Below, piece by piece: positions 27,690 to 42,350 of a DNA stretch of 64,000 bases. Position numbers and translations under genes: made by a program. Location of the stretch: positions 176,700,001 through 176,764,000 of the forward strand of contig OZ024741.1 of NCBI GenBank assembly GCA_964016885.1, given 5' to 3'. Source of the DNA: Eledone cirrhosa (taxonomy: Eukaryota). Positions within the stretch are counted from its first letter, which is position 1. Each line of letters opens with the position of its first letter. The notes beneath the pieces are model-generated. The model was given only the letters and a program-made list of their open reading frames with translations. It searched no databases and was not told where the DNA came from.

Positions 27690-29491
27690 AAATGCAACCC
27701 TAACGTGAAATTTCTAAAATCGAATATAAATATGGTAGTACTATGACTTTCGCGTGGCTTCTAGGAATTTCTGAACTTTATGAAGTGCATGGTGCTTATA
27801 TCATGTTCAGATCGAAAGCTAGTTACATTGTGGATATACAACTAGTGACATTGTGGATATACAACTGGAAAAACTACGAGTTCCATTCATCTATCCAAAA
27901 CAAGAAAAGTGACCTTGGGGCGATCTATAACAACAGTAACAACAACAGCAACTTCAACTTCCAAATCTGAGTCGCAAGAGTCCAAAAGGTCTTTTTACAA
28001 GAAAATATAAGTAGTATAGCAAAACCAAAACTGCAACCAAATTAATAACATCTTGAAACGCATTAACTGGAAAGCAGCAAATGTTTGTCAGCCATTATAT
28101 CAAGAAAGGATTGACCTTGAGACACCTTCACAATCTGGCATTTACGGATCTAGTATCAAGGAACCTTTTAAACATAAAGATGGAATGAAGAAAACACTAC
28201 ACTTAGCATATTAGTAATTGGATTTTAATGGTAACCGAATATCAAGTGATAGTTTTGAAGAATTAAACAGGAGAAGTTAAGTTGGAAGCATTAGGTCTAC
28301 CAAATGGAAAAGCGGATATTGTTGTCAAAGGCATAACAGGTTTTTTCTGGATGAATGCAGTTTATGGAAGAGCATAAAAATAATTGTTGTGGACACCAGT
28401 AGTAGAAGTGTGATTGTCATTCAGTTACAAAGACTATTTGCTCAAAAGAAAGTGGAAGAACCACAATTCATTGGCTGTCAACATCATGATCTTGATCGAG
28501 TGTTTCGAGCAATAATCGATGACAAACTTGCAGGAAAGAATACATCGCCCAGTATCGAATATCCGTTTATCCATGTCAATAACTGCGAACAGTTCAAGAA
28601 AAACTTCATGAATGGTAAAGAAGAGATTACTAAAACAGTAATTGCTTGATGAAATGAAATTTCTATTTCATTTAAGTCGAGTTTTCCGCATTTTTGAGGA
28701 AACTGGAAGATTTCCTAAAGTGAAGTTTAAAAGAATTCCTAACTTGAGTAATGCAAGATGGAATTGTAGTATAACACTAGCTATTTCGGTTTTTATCCTT
28801 CTACCGGAGAAAAGAGACTTTCTACTCGAAATTGTAGATTCATCTCTTATACATGGGCGGATCATTGGTTTACTGACCAAATCTACAATGCAGATGCTTA
28901 ACAGAAGGCTTGTAGCAGCTTAACAGCTCACAGCAAAAGTATTAAACTCTGTGAAAAAGTTTTGGAATCCAGAATCATTGAGACTCAAAATTCCCAGAAT
29001 AAAGTATGAAGTACGGGCAATGACGTGCCTTTAAGATCTTTATGATGTCTATAAAAAGAAATAGAAATTTTAGTTTAGATTTATTTTGTCAAAGAAAACA
29101 TAATAGTTATATATTACGATCTAATTATGCTAAAATATTCCATATTCCTTTTCTTCATATAGCTTTTTTTACTTGTAGATATAAGTTCCTAATTCTACAT
29201 GCAAGTTTGCAATTTTTGCTTATTTCTAGGTGTGTATGTTATGCTATAGCTATAAACTGTTAAATGAGTTAAAATTAGATAAGTACTATCCAATTACGTC
29301 ATTAGCAAATTGAAAAATAAAACTTCTGAAATATTTTAATTGTTTAACCTTATGGCATATAGGGTAACGTTAAATTTTCTTTTCGGGATTAGGGTTAGGG
29401 TTAGGGTTAAATTCATTTTCATTACGGTCAAACAAAAGTTCATCGATTTATGACACAGGTTCATAGGGTTACAAACATTCCATAACCCTAA
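27690..29491 (+). mobile_element. decayed hAT-like (hATm-type) DNA transposon
   Basis: transposase fragments IVVDT..., PQFIGCQHHDLDR (CxHH), NARWN in ORFs 28389-28923; right end ...ccataacccta resembles a TAGGG-type TIR; left TIR not found. Confidence 0.6.
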
Positions 29492-29597
29492 TGCATAAAT
29501 TCATTTATATATATATATATAAACATGTTTATCTACATGAATATGTATATGCTTGTGTATGAGGGGTGGTGGTGAGTGTGTCTGTCTGTGTATATAA

Positions 29598-29765
29598 GTA
29601 TACGTTACTCATATGATAATGTGGAGTGATTAAATATTTTGATTCGCAATGCCGAGATGCCGAGTGCGACCCTACTGCTTGCCCTCTAGTACACATGTCT
29701 TTACAATAGACCTTTCACGATGAAAGCCATGTGAATGGAATTAGGGAGACGAAACGGAAGTAGGG
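29598..29765 (+). mobile_element. diverged tRNA-derived SINE, second family
   Basis: degenerate A/B-box head followed by tgtctttacaatagacc...aaagccatgtgaatggaatt...agacgaaacggaag, similar to octopus SINEs as recalled. Confidence 0.4.
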
Positions 29766-30812
29766 AATTTGTTTGTAATACAAAGGTAAAGGCTTGTCGC
29801 ATATTCTGTTATGCTGATGCGGTGAAAGAAAATAAGTTCACATGTTAACAGGATATTCAATCACACGTTACTTCACTTGTTGACGTTCGCTTGATCTAAC
29901 AACTGAATGTCTATAATCGTAAATGACGATGTTATAATTTACATGGAGTGGTATACCGTTGGAAGTGCATTTTCAAAACTGAAGCAGTTGTAATTTTATA
30001 ATATTTCAGTGCTAATCAAAATACTCTGGTTCCTGGGAAATGCTCTAAACTCTAATAAAATTATATTATTGAACACGTTAAACCAATCCACAAATCAACT
30101 GAAGACTAGAAGCATGGATCAAGACTTGAATGCATAAATCTTGCTAAAATACATTGAGGTTAGATGCTGGGGTATGCGAAAACTATTTAAAAATCCTAGG
30201 GACATATACAAGTGAAAGCAATAGTCATCTATTAGATTAGAATAGTATAACGGCATATGATATATATAAACATACACACAGGCAAATCTCACATACGCAC
30301 ATGATTTAACCTCCATACTTACTGATCTATCATACTTGAATTTGATAATTTAATATATGTATGAAGAGGTACATTTGGACAATTATAAATGTGCATATAT
30401 TTTAAATACAGATACAATCATATACGTACACCATCCCATACACAAACACATATTCATATTAGTCTATTGTTTAAGCTGAACAGTTTACTAACTATTGCAT
30501 CGTGTTTCAGGCTGCAATCTTCCGAATGTTTATAATTGAAGTAACCGTATAGTTTCATATAAATTTGAAACTGCATTGTGATTTTTCCAATTTTGATTGG
30601 TTTTTCCGAAATAGAAATTACTTTTGTTTGCAAGAAAGAAAATGTAATTGATTTACAACTCTAAGCTACGTTTTACATAGTTTAGTATTCAGCTGGAATA
30701 GCAAATACAAAAGTGAAACGGTAGTAATTAGTGATGGCTTTCTTTTGAAGCACGATGCGCTAGCAAAAATGCTTATTAATTTTTTTGTTTACTTTATGCA
30801 TTAGTTACTATC

Positions 30813-31030
30813 GTAATTGCTTCTGATTTCGGCATGAGGTCAACATTTTGCGGAGAGAGGAATGCGATAATATCGTTAAAATAAAATGACATGTTTTTTA
30901 TTATATCGGATCCGGAAGGATGAAAAGTAAATTTCGGTTGGTTGGATTTGAATTCGGGATATAGAGACTTGTAATTAAATACTTCAAAGCATTTTGTCCG
31001 AATTTCTAACGATTTTACTTACCCTTCATT
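30813..31030 (-). mobile_element. old diverged SINE related to family A
   Basis: ggcatgaggtcaacattttg...tatcggatccggaaggatgaaaagtaaa...ggatttgaattc; a similar relic lies at ~31860-31995. Confidence 0.55.
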
Positions 31031-32682
31031 CCTTACCCACATAATACATGTTAATTGCAAACATATTAAGAATATAATATATAGTTTACATAAATAGACA
31101 TGTCAACCTATATAAACCCAATCGGTGTACCATGAAAAAGTTGCCCCCAAAGGAGGTAATTTTATACAATGAAATCTATAACTATTTTCGCAAGAGAAGA
31201 CATCTGTCACCCAACCCAAAGTGGGTGGGAGATCTCTCCGTCGGAGAGTTGAAACCTCTGCAGACATGTGATAGAAGATATTGTGGCGGTTTTGTATTTT
31301 ACATTTCGTGAGTACACACGGTAACAGTGAATGTGATTGTATTTCAGCAATTTATAATGCGTATATTTTTCTCTTCTCACTGAACTTTCGTCGTTTTTGA
31401 CGATTGTTGTTCTAGTAACTCATTCAAAAGAATAGCCCATTAATTTAACTAATATTTTATAGTGTATGCCACAGACGCGTGTTCACAACGAAACTTCATT
31501 GTATTACAAAGCTGGTTTTTGAAATCTGGGTCTATAGATTTACTAACAAAATATGGGTTAAAAAAAGCTATAAAATCATCGCTTAAGATGATATGCAGGT
31601 GCACGGAACCGTAGATCTCATGATAGTGAAATTTTCTCTGTAACCCCTCAACATTGTGCGCCAAAGATGTCAATGTAGTTACAGTTTATCTGCAGGATAT
31701 ACTGATTTCAGTTCAGGCAATATAGAATGCATATGTAAATATTTCTATTAATTGGCTCGGTTGTATTTCTAACATCCTGGTAGCATCATCATTTAATTAA
31801 TACTGACTACTAATTTATGAGGAAAGGAAAATTGGTTATTTCGAATTAAATACTTGATTTGTACTTTATTTTATTGAGCATGGAATAATGAAATACAATT
31901 TTTACCACGAGGGGATTATAAATCAGAACTTAAAAAGCCCTATCAAATTCAAATAAGCATTTATTCAATATTCCTGCTGATCCTGCCAATCTATCGTCCC
32001 TAAATAGTAAATGAATGCTTATTGATGATATTAATTGGATACGTAATTAAACATAGCTTGAGATAATTAAATAGAAAAATCATGCTTCATATTTCATCTT
32101 ACAATATATATAGATTTTGAAAGAATATATTTATCCTGTACATTCTCAAATATTAATTGAAATATGTGCGGCGACAGTTCATTCTCTGCTGCCCACGCAA
32201 ATAAGGTTTTACTAAACTTTCAAGATTGATTTATTACTCAATAGCGGAGTGTTGGTTTATTAGACACTGGCATTTCAACCGGAAGTCTCAAACGTTCAGT
32301 TTCTCCTTTAAATATCGTTTTCTCGGAATAGAAATTATTTTTCTCTAAATAAAAAAAAAACTTGTTTATTTCCAAATTCATCTTGCATTTTCCATTGTTC
32401 AGTTGGAATGGCATTTGCAAAACTGAATCAGTAATAATTAGTAATGTCTTATTTTGAAACATGGCGTGTTACTGAGATTACTTATTAATACTATTTGGTA
32501 AACTAAGAAACAAATAACTTGTAGCTACTTTCCCTTAAAAAAAGATATTACATATTTATAACAATTATCACAATATGGTGTGTATTGGCGTTAGATCAGA
32601 TGAATACACAGCAGGTACACGTGGTGGATTAACAATTATATATTCACTCAATTAAAATGTCACAATAAAATCCTGTTCGATG

Positions 32683-32713
<31 letters not shown>

Positions 32714-35560
32714 CTTCTTCTTCTTCTTCTTCTTCTTCTTCTTCTTCTTCTTCTTCTTCTTCTTCTTCTTCTTCTTCTTCTTCTTCTTCTTCTTCTTCCT
32801 GAGTGAGTGGTAGGGCCAGAATCACCAAGCACTCCTTCCAGAGGATCCTGCCAAAGCAGCCATCTCCAACTGATCTGGCTGGATAACAAAGCGAGTCCAG
32901 CCAAGCTTCAGGATGCTGTCCAGCCGTCTTGCTCGGTGTCTACCACTGAGCCTCCTGCCGGTTGGCTTTGCCCGTAAAATCTGTTCGGCCATTCTTTCCT
33001 GAGTCATTCCAGCCACACGCCCATATTATCCGTGCTGTAATCTCTCAATCCCTGGTAGCGGTTCTACCTGGAGTGAATCTCTAAGCATTCTATCGAGTAA
33101 CGCTACTCCAAAGACTCGTCCGAGGAATCCCATTTTGGCCGCCTGTATTCGCAATCGTATTCCTTCTGTCATTACCTCAGATTCCTGACCATAGCTAAGC
33201 CTTGGCACGAATTCCAAATTGAAAATACCAAGTTTAGGTTTTAAACCTATCTCTCTTCTTCTGATACCTGAATGCTGAAGATGGCACATTACTGCACCAG
33301 CTCCTGCAATTCTTGCACTTGCTTCAGCCTCCTGACTTCCATCACTTGTGAACACGGCCACTAGATACTTGAACTTCTCTACCTGCTACAGTGTAACTCC
33401 ATTCACATATAGTGTGGACTGTGCAGGCTTCCTCTAGAGGATAAGTGTCTCAGTTTTGTAGCACAGATTTTAACTCCAGCCATGCAGCACTCGGCATCAA
33501 ACATATAAAGTGCAAGTCGGAGATCATCGTATGTCGATTTAATTAAAACTATGTAATCTGAAAATTCCTGCCGACTGATATCCCACCTGCCAGTAGTGTT
33601 ACTACATACAAACGGGCTGCGCATATCAATCCCGTTCATGACAGTAAAAGGAGATATGAGAGTACCCACCTTTAGCGGAGTCCGAATACCACATTGAATA
33701 GTTTTGATTTAGCTGCATTTGTCCGAACACAAATACTTGGGCATTCGTATGGAGACATCAAGGCAACAGGAAGTTGGCCATCGGTCCATACTCCCATACT
33801 CGAGTTCTACAAAACAAGTATTTACTTCCCGGTAATATTTCCACGTTTTCTGTAAGTCATATCACAATGTGAATATTTGGTCGACTCTGTAGCGTCCGGA
33901 GGAAAAGTCGCACTGTTCATCAGCTAGCTTGGACGCCACAATTTCCCTGCATCACTTTGTCAGAGACATATTTCAGACTTTACCGGAGAGGCTTAAATGG
34001 AGATCCCTCTCTAATTGGAACACTCTTTTTGTCTCCCGATTGCCATTGCTTATGTGCCTTTCCAGAGATCCAGAACACACGGCACACACGATTGAGTCAG
34101 AAAATACATTTTTTATTTAAGGCTTTTAACATGTCGAGCCGGATATCAAGTTCTTTAAAAGCTCTTCCACATTTGAGCTGTTTAACTACTTTTGTGACAT
34201 CAAGTTCTGAGTGATTAGTCGCAGCACCCAGATGCACCTTGCATATATAAGAAGATGCTGTTATAATCGGGTTTAGGAGAGCAGCAAATTATTCTTTCCA
34301 ACTCCAGATGTTGTACCACTCTGGAGCGAGTAGAACCCCTGATACGTTACTCATGGTAGATTTGGAGGAGGGCTTACTATTATAAATTTGGCGTATGGTC
34401 TGCCAGAACAATTTATTTGCTGACCTGAAGTCGGATTTCAGCTTAGCCCCAACATTGGAAGCCTTTACTGTCTCTGCTGTGAATCCTCGTGCTTGTTTGC
34501 ATCCCAATTGCAAAATGGAGGACTTATTTTCTAGCCAAGATTTGTAGGCCTCCTTATTTGCTCGGTTGGTATTTTTGACCACTTGGTTGAACCAAGGCAT
34601 CCTCCTGACTCCACTCTAAGCCGCTTTCGCCCGCAGCATGTAACAGTAGAAGCAGAAAATGCTGGACTGAACAATCTCCTCTCTGTCTCAACGTTCTCAA
34701 TTTGGTCAGAGAATGCACTGAATTTGGATGCAATAGTATCTGCATAGCGCCGTCTTCCTTATCCACCAACGCTTCCCAAGTTAACATGTACGCCCGACTG
34801 GACCTGCCAGTTTTGTGAAGATATTTGGCTCTAGGTAGTACCATGTTCTAAATAAATAGATGGTGATCAGGAGACAGCTCAGCCACTCTCTTAAGACGAA
34901 CATCCAGCACAGAACCGAAGAGATAAGAGGGAATAACAAATCTATTATTGATCTCTGTTCCTGATTCCCCTTGTATCATGTATATTTATGGGTGTCTCTG
35001 TTTGAAGAAAATACTTATAATAAAGAGTACATTACTAGAACAAAAATCTAATGCCTCTCCATTCGTATTATACCGGGATCGTCTTTCCTTCCTATCACAC
35101 CTTTCCATGTTAGGTGGACAGCATCAACATGTGCATTAATATCTCCTTTCAGTCACAACTACGTTTAACACTCCAGCGACTTCTTCAAGGAAGGACCTGT
35201 ATTTGGATTCCTTTTTTAGTGCATACAATTTCACCACGTACAGGAGCCTATCTGTCAGCCTAAGCTTCAAGAGGCAAGTCCTCCCTCATCATGGCATCCA
35301 GTCCATAATGGATTCAGACAACTGGGGGCTTGTAAGTAACTTCATACCTGCCTCTGCAGTTATTTCTGGTACAACGCCTGAATAATGTATTTCCATATTC
35401 CATCCAATCCTACAGTATCAGAGCCATGGAACATTGTTGAGGACACCCCGACTATATCTAGCCGGTAGCATCGAGCCTACTTCACTAGTTCCTGCTTATT
35501 ATCTGTATGTATTGTAATATTCCAGGTCCCTTGTTAACCCACGCGAAGCACGATGAGGTA
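32683..35560 (-). mobile_element. near full-length decayed RTE (Expander/BovB-like) LINE with (GAA)n tail
   Basis: APE remnants (ELSPDHHL ~34860), PWFNQVVK, QCDFSSGR, KFKYL, LSYGQES...RIQAAKMGFL, KPTGRRLSGR; (TTC)n 32683-32798 at the 3' end. Confidence 0.85.
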
Positions 35561-36569
35561 TGGATTTGGTACTCTTATTCGTGCCAGTCACTGATCTTGT
35601 ACTTTCTCAAACCCACGAAGCTTTATGACATCCGTTACAAAAATAAAGAAAAACGAAGATTAAGATTAACTAATATTCTTTTCTTAAATGCGGTTTGGAT
35701 GTTGAAATGTTGCCTAAAGTTATATATATATATATGTTGTTTTAAATTGAATTGCCCATCGGAAATACTTAAGGTAATATAATGAACTTATATAAAATCT
35801 AATCCTAAAATAATAGGTATAATATATTCAGAAACGAAATGAAACGTAGTCTGACATATGCACAGCGTTTTAATTCAAGAACAGCGTAGGGTAAATTTGA
35901 AGCCATTGTCACTTGGAATAGAATGAAAATACTTTATTTAATAATTCTAAAAAGCAATAGATACACTATAACTTTCCAGTGCAACTGCTGTGCATAATAA
36001 TATTGTTGTATTAAATTTCGTTACGTTTAATCTCATAGAACTATAAGTTTAAATCGAATAACACTTACTGTACACAATATCATATTTCAAAAAGTCAACA
36101 TTCTTAAGGAAATACATATTTCTGAATATTGTAACTTATGTGAACATTCCTAATTTTCTCACTCCTCAAAAGTCACTGAAGAAGATAATTGGACCTGCCT
36201 TCTCCAGTAAAAATTAACAATCCAACGTGTCCATCATTTTGTAAAACAGAACCCTAACTTACAAAGAGAGTTTGAGTGATAATTATGTCAAATCGAGTAA
36301 CAACCTTAAAGATCGTAGATTTGTCATGTAATTAGGCAATCCAGACACTTGGGCCAGATAAGGATGAATACATTTTTCGTTTTTGTTTAGAATTTGAAAA
36401 GGCGGTTTCACCCTGAAATATTTGGTTGAAAATATAATAAAAGAAGAAAAGAACGAAAATTTAGATTGAGAAAAATAGAATATAAGATAGGAAATTAGAG
36501 AGAAAAGGGGAAAAAGAAAAAAGATAAAACGTGAAGGGTGGGATGGAAAGAACTCTAGAGTCACATAAG

Positions 36570-36890
36570 AATGGGCAGAGGTGAGGGGAGGATGAATGGG
36601 CTCTGGGCCTAGGGCGCGGCAGTAGAGCGGCTGCGTCTCGCGAACAAGACCGCAAAAGTATTCCCGCGGACAATGGCCAGCGACAGCGCTTAAACAGCCA
36701 CTCCAACATGCGGGGTTCCTGCCTTAAACGGGCCGACGACGATCCGATCTTGTGGAGGAGCTCGATTGTATGCCGTCCAAATACGCCTGAGATCTTAACG
36801 GCGAGCGTTTGTCATTATTTGTCTTTTATGCATTTCTCCCGAAATAGACCGCCTTTCTGATGTCCTCACCAACCAATCAATTATTACATA
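36570..36890. promoter_or_regulatory. GC/CpG-rich non-coding island, candidate cis-regulatory element
   Basis: locally high GC and many CpGs in an AT-rich background; CCAAT at ~36873; no similarity to other repeats in the window. Confidence 0.3.
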
Positions 36891-37234
36891 TCTTGCATTG
36901 CTTCATATTAATTATACTACATCATTCTTATTGCATCTGAGCCAGGCTGAACTCTATATCATAATGAATCAGTTCAAATTATCGGAAACATGCGCGACAT
37001 TATGTTGCCAGATCAATTACCATAACCTCTGTCTAAAGCACATCGTTCTTAACATTATAAGGAACGTTACTCCTAATAAATGCTTTAATTTAGACAGGTT
37101 GAAATCTTCATGCAACTTGGTACACATGCTCATAGTGTCGAAAACCATTAAGCAACTACACAAAGAAGCCAACTAACATAAAGTACTTATATCTGCTTTA
37201 CAAGCTAACCTTTAAAGGGCCTTTGGAGGAACGC

Positions 37235-37617
37235 TATTCAATAGAGTGCGTAGGTCGGAAATCATAGAGGCACTCTAGGTAGAGCTGCTACTTCTCCGAA
37301 ATGATAGATGACAGCTCCGATACTATGGGCATGTGGTTAGGATGTATCAAGAAAGAGTCGCTGAACAAATTTTACGGGCAAAAACAACAGCAGGAGACTC
37401 CGTGGTAGATTCCGAGCAATAAGGTTGTACAACATCTATGAGTTTGGTTGGTCTGGCTTTGGGATCCAACCGGAACAGTAGAAGACGGTTGCTGTTGACA
37501 GGACCCGCGAGAGGAACTGTTTGACAACTCTGTCTCTCATGAAGAAGAAGAAGAAGAAGAAGAAGAAGAAGAAGAAGAAGAAGAAGAAGAAGAAGAAGAA
37601 GAAGAAGAAGAAGAAGA
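37235..37617 (+). mobile_element. 5'-truncated RTE LINE 3' end with (GAA)n tail (same family as 32683-35560)
   Basis: QLRYYGHVVRM...AEQILRAKTTAG; homologous to the reverse complement of 32800-33110. Confidence 0.85.
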
Positions 37618-40600
37618 TATTAATATCAGTAAAACTACCAAATCGCAAGGAGCATTTCCATCCGATGTTTTTTGCTATATGCACATTATCAGCTCCAATA
37701 CATATTCGTCACACCAAATCTATATATAGGTTCTAGTCTAATTTCATCTCAGTACCGGTTGTGTAAATGTTAGGGATGCGCGATTAACGAATCTTTAAAA
37801 AGCTGTCTGTCATTCTCAACGTTACAGTTATATCAGCAGAGCAAACGAGAAGAAACTATTGTTTTCATAGTATTTTTCTTTGATAGTGGCCTTTCCATAT
37901 GTTTATTGTAAAGAGACGTATGGTTCCACATACATTCCTATGATATAAATACTAGTTTGTATTATCAAACCATTAAAGTAAATGAATTGAATATAGTGTA
38001 TAATTGATGGATCTTACTAACGCGAATGGGAGGATTCGCCTAGTTAAATATGTATCATGTGTGGATCTTATTTCCTTGAACATTTCATTCGAGTTAAAGT
38101 CTATATGGTGGTGACAAATGAAGGATGTACATTCGTTCACAATATTGTGTTCATGGTAAATTTTGCTGTTGTTTAAGTGTACGAGGAAAGCAGATGATAT
38201 GCGCATTCTGTATCTGAAGACAAGCTGTAATTTTGATGTGTCATGTAATCATTATGTGTTGTACAGTGTCATACTCTAGTGGCTATTATTAGCTGGTAGT
38301 CAAAATTAACTGAATGAAAATATATGTATTTTACTGTTCATGGGATTGTCTGCAGAGTCTGAGAAGAAAACAAATTCACATAGTTAATACATGTGAAAAG
38401 GAAAATATGCAAAATAAAAAAATTCCCACAAAGAATTATCTCAGGGAAGAAAAGAAACAGAGAAAAAAAGCCAAAGACAACAAGTTACCTTCTTTTTTAA
38501 CGTCAAAGAGAACATCTTTCATGCTATTTTATATTTTAGGACTATTAAAGTTTTCTCCGCTGGTCTCGATTAACGTCTAAGAGAACATAGTTTCTGCTAT
38601 CTTCTATTTTAGGACTATTAAGGGTTTCTGCTGGTCCCGATTCAAGTCGTGGAACAGATATTTCAAATATTTCTACATAAAAGGAATCAAGTGATATGAT
38701 TTTAGTTTCACAGAAGGACTTAACACAATACTGTTATTGCCGATATATTGGCGTATCAGCTACAAGGTATTACGCATCGATGCGGGTTCAAATTACTCTG
38801 ACTAAAATATAATCCCTGTTTTACGGGTCAATCGCTACAGGGTCAAAAATATATACTTCTGACATTATCGTTGAATCCGCAATCAAATGTCTACCAGATT
38901 TCTTGATTTAAGCTTTAACTATAACCATAATACATGTCAGTGGAAAAGACAATGCTATATTATTAACTGTAAGTTAATAAATATTAAAGCCTGAACGAAA
39001 TATGTTATTTGAATTAAATATTTTATGAGTGTTAGCGTTACAGATGTTATTAATGTAGTTGTATATCTTCAGGAATAACTGAAATCTTTTCATACAACCG
39101 AGAATGAATATGTAAATATATGAAATATATGGATTAGTGGATTCGTTTACCTTTCTACCAACTTGGTTACATCAATGATTTATTAATCCAGATTGTTAAT
39201 GATATTCATTAGATAGATGATTAACCACAGCTTGAGATAAATTGAAAAGGAAATTCTCTTATATATTTGATATTCAATCTATAGAAACTGTATTCAATTG
39301 CGCATTTCGACTAATGCTAGGTGTTCAATAATAATCTCTGCTGGTGGTATGGCATCATCAACAAATCAAAGCAGACACCAGAAAAATGTCATTCTTCTTA
39401 ATGATCAGAAACTAACTTCCGTCAATTAATAACGCTATACAAATCACACAAGAGGTATAAAACGAAAATACACCCATTACATTTACGAAGGCTCTATAGC
39501 ATTCACGAACATCTCAAACCACAACAAGGAAAGTGGACAACCGAACAATTATCATTAACTTCATCCACCAAAACGTTTCAATTGCTATCCCACCCAAGGA
39601 TGTGCGTTTTCAAATATGTTCCAGTGGCTTCCATTTCTTGGGGATATCTTGTTTAATAACAACTCCATTTACGTCTGAGCGATTCACTCACTCTTTCCTT
39701 TGGCCATATATATTGAACCAATTCTGTCACCGGACTTGTCACTTGTTTTTCAATACATTTTTCTCTACTATTATAATATTGAATGGTTATAACAAATTGG
39801 TCAGCATTCATTCGTTTTATTCTTCTGTACAGAGTTATGATTTAACGTTTATTGTCACTGTCATAATTTCCTGTCATTCGCCTCATTCCCTTAAACTTTC
39901 CAGCTTCCTTTCACTCTTTTTTTGACAGTCTTTGTTCTATTTACTTTGACTTTCTTACGTTTTCAGCCCAAACATGGCATTTCTCACCCCTGCTAATGGT
40001 TTACGTCAATTCCCTGTCTACTAATATCTGTTTTTCAGCCCTAGATCATTCTAATGGTAGGATGCATAAGTTTTCTGTCGCGCACACACTCACATATCAA
40101 GATGCAACGGAGTGGGATCGAATTCAGTACCTTCTTATTTGGAGTAGAGCCCCTTAACTATTCCACTATACTGTGGCCATGTTGGAATATACCCAACAGG
40201 AAAAATAGTCCTGCCATCTAATATACACATATTAGCATTGGAACATGATATCAGCAATCGCAACATTTACTGCGACAATATAAGCCTCGAAAGATATCTG
40301 TTTGCTAGTGTTTTAACATTACTTATATCCTTTTTTGCGGAAGTACATTTAACATCTATATAAAATTCTATTTAAATTTAACATGAATAAGAAGGCAACG
40401 TTTTAAATTAAACATGAAAATGGCGTTTCATTTATCATATATATTTTTTCCATAATAGAAATAACTGTTATATTCAAGGAACTGGGAATAATTAGCTGTA
40501 TATACTATTATGTAGTTGGCACAGAGCGTAGAAGAGCCAACTTATATGTAAAATCATAGTTTCTATCTAATGTTGTTTGTATAAATTACACGCCTCTCTT

Positions 40601-41849
40601 TCCTAATAGAGTTTTAGAAATGTAGCACGATCGTCTTAGATAATTAGATTCCTGAAGCTAACAACATTGTAGATGAGTGAGACTAACTGTATTGCCTATT
40701 TCCCGTGAGCTTTGTGAAACTAATAATATTGCCTTAATAGGGTTTGCGAAGCTAACACCTGTATTTATACCCAATGGCATTTTTCGAAGCCAAAACTATT
40801 GTGTATATTGAATAAGGTTTATTAAGCAAACACGTATCTTTATATAAAAAAATGTTTGTGAAGCTAACACCATTGTGTATACGTCATACAATTTGTATAA
40901 CTAGTGATGATCAGTCACCTTGTTTCATTGTGTTGTCGATGAACCATCTGAGACTTCATAAACAATTTGCAGTGTCAGTTCTGAAGGCCAGATTGAAGAA
41001 ACGTCTTCAATATCCAGCTATATTTGAGGAGGTATCAAAAATTATTTCCTCATCATAAAGCATAGGTTGTGTGGATCAAGTAGTAGTGATCATCTTTTGA
41101 TCCGTAGCGTGAGAGTGAAGGGAAAATAGAGTGTAAAGTAACGCTGAGAATATTAGTGTATATATAAGTGAGCGGTGGAGGACGGAAGAAAGAGAGAGCT
41201 GAGGCTATGTCTTGTTTCCTTCTGTACTGAATTAATTGAGTGTAAGGTCTTTAGCTAGATGACTCCTATTGTAAATTGGCATTCTACATTAGGATACCAC
41301 AAAATGTTTGATTAGTAATCAGTGAAGATATGAGTTACCTGTTTTAAATTTTGAATATATATCAATAATGGATGCTGAAAGATATTCAGAAAAAGGTAAA
41401 GGTGAAGTGTGTTATAAATCAGAGTTAGTTCAAATATTGAATGAATGGAGAACGAAGTCATCATATCAAACCATTTCAGTTTTAACAGAAATGATTCTGT
41501 AAATAATATAAATCTGCTCTAAAATGCTCCACAAATGACAATCAAATTACAGCATATATTTTACCTACAACCTTCGTAGGTTTTGATGGTTGAGTTGTCT
41601 TGTTGTTGCTTGTTATTAGTATGTCAGACTGTACGAACACATATTTTATCAAAGACGATTCAATATTCATCGTAATTGATTTCGTTTTATCTCTCTAATT
41701 AAGACCTACATATCCAATAAGTTCCTTCTTGCTTAATATACTAGGAAGTGGTTTGTGGGGTAATCTATTACAATTTTTGTCGCTTAGGTGGATAACCTAG
41801 ATGCTTCTAAACGATTGAGACAATAATTTTATCATGACGTCCATTAAAA

Positions 41850-42350
41850 ACATAATTGACATGGGCAATGTTATTAACTTGAAATAGCGACTGACAATAA
41901 CCGTGTAGAAAGCAAAACCACATCGTTTGCATATTATTAAACATTGTGTAAATCTTTAGGTTTCGGAATTGGAAGAAACTCACTTGATTCAATAATTAAT
42001 AAGGTTATGAAGAGATATATGGTTTCCTACAATTCCAGAAACGCACTCGAAATTTATAGGAGTTTGCCAAACAAAAAAGGAAAAGGAACATACTGTTACC
42101 ATTACTTAACGTGACATGATAATTGACGACATCGTATAGCAATATGAAAACTGTCAAATGCATTTTTTCTTTCGCTTAGGCTTTCGAAAGAGTGTTTCCA
42201 GATTTGGATACATTCTTCATTAGTTTTGCAATCAGTAATGCATTCATATGCAGATGGAGACGAATAACTATTGAAACTTTTTCAGTTATCAAGATTAAGA
42301 TAGAGTCTAGAATATTTTCAAAAGTCATTAACGAATGATTCCATTGGGAT
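41850..42350 (+). mobile_element. very old LINE RT relic
   Basis: traces resembling RPI-LLNI-K, YGF and F-KAF--V motifs. Confidence 0.3.

Noticed and set aside
29389-29409. (TTAGGG)3 telomeric-like repeat
   Set aside because: Only three units, inside the subterminal region of a DNA transposon; not a telomere or fusion site.
39480-39900. piggyBac-like transposase relic on the minus strand (ATGT-like motif)
   Set aside because: Only one or two short motif resemblances; no TIR or TTAA evidence.
40975-41012. ctgaagg...GAAACGTC resembling a PLE hammerhead
   Set aside because: 5' core incomplete and stems I/II do not pair convincingly.
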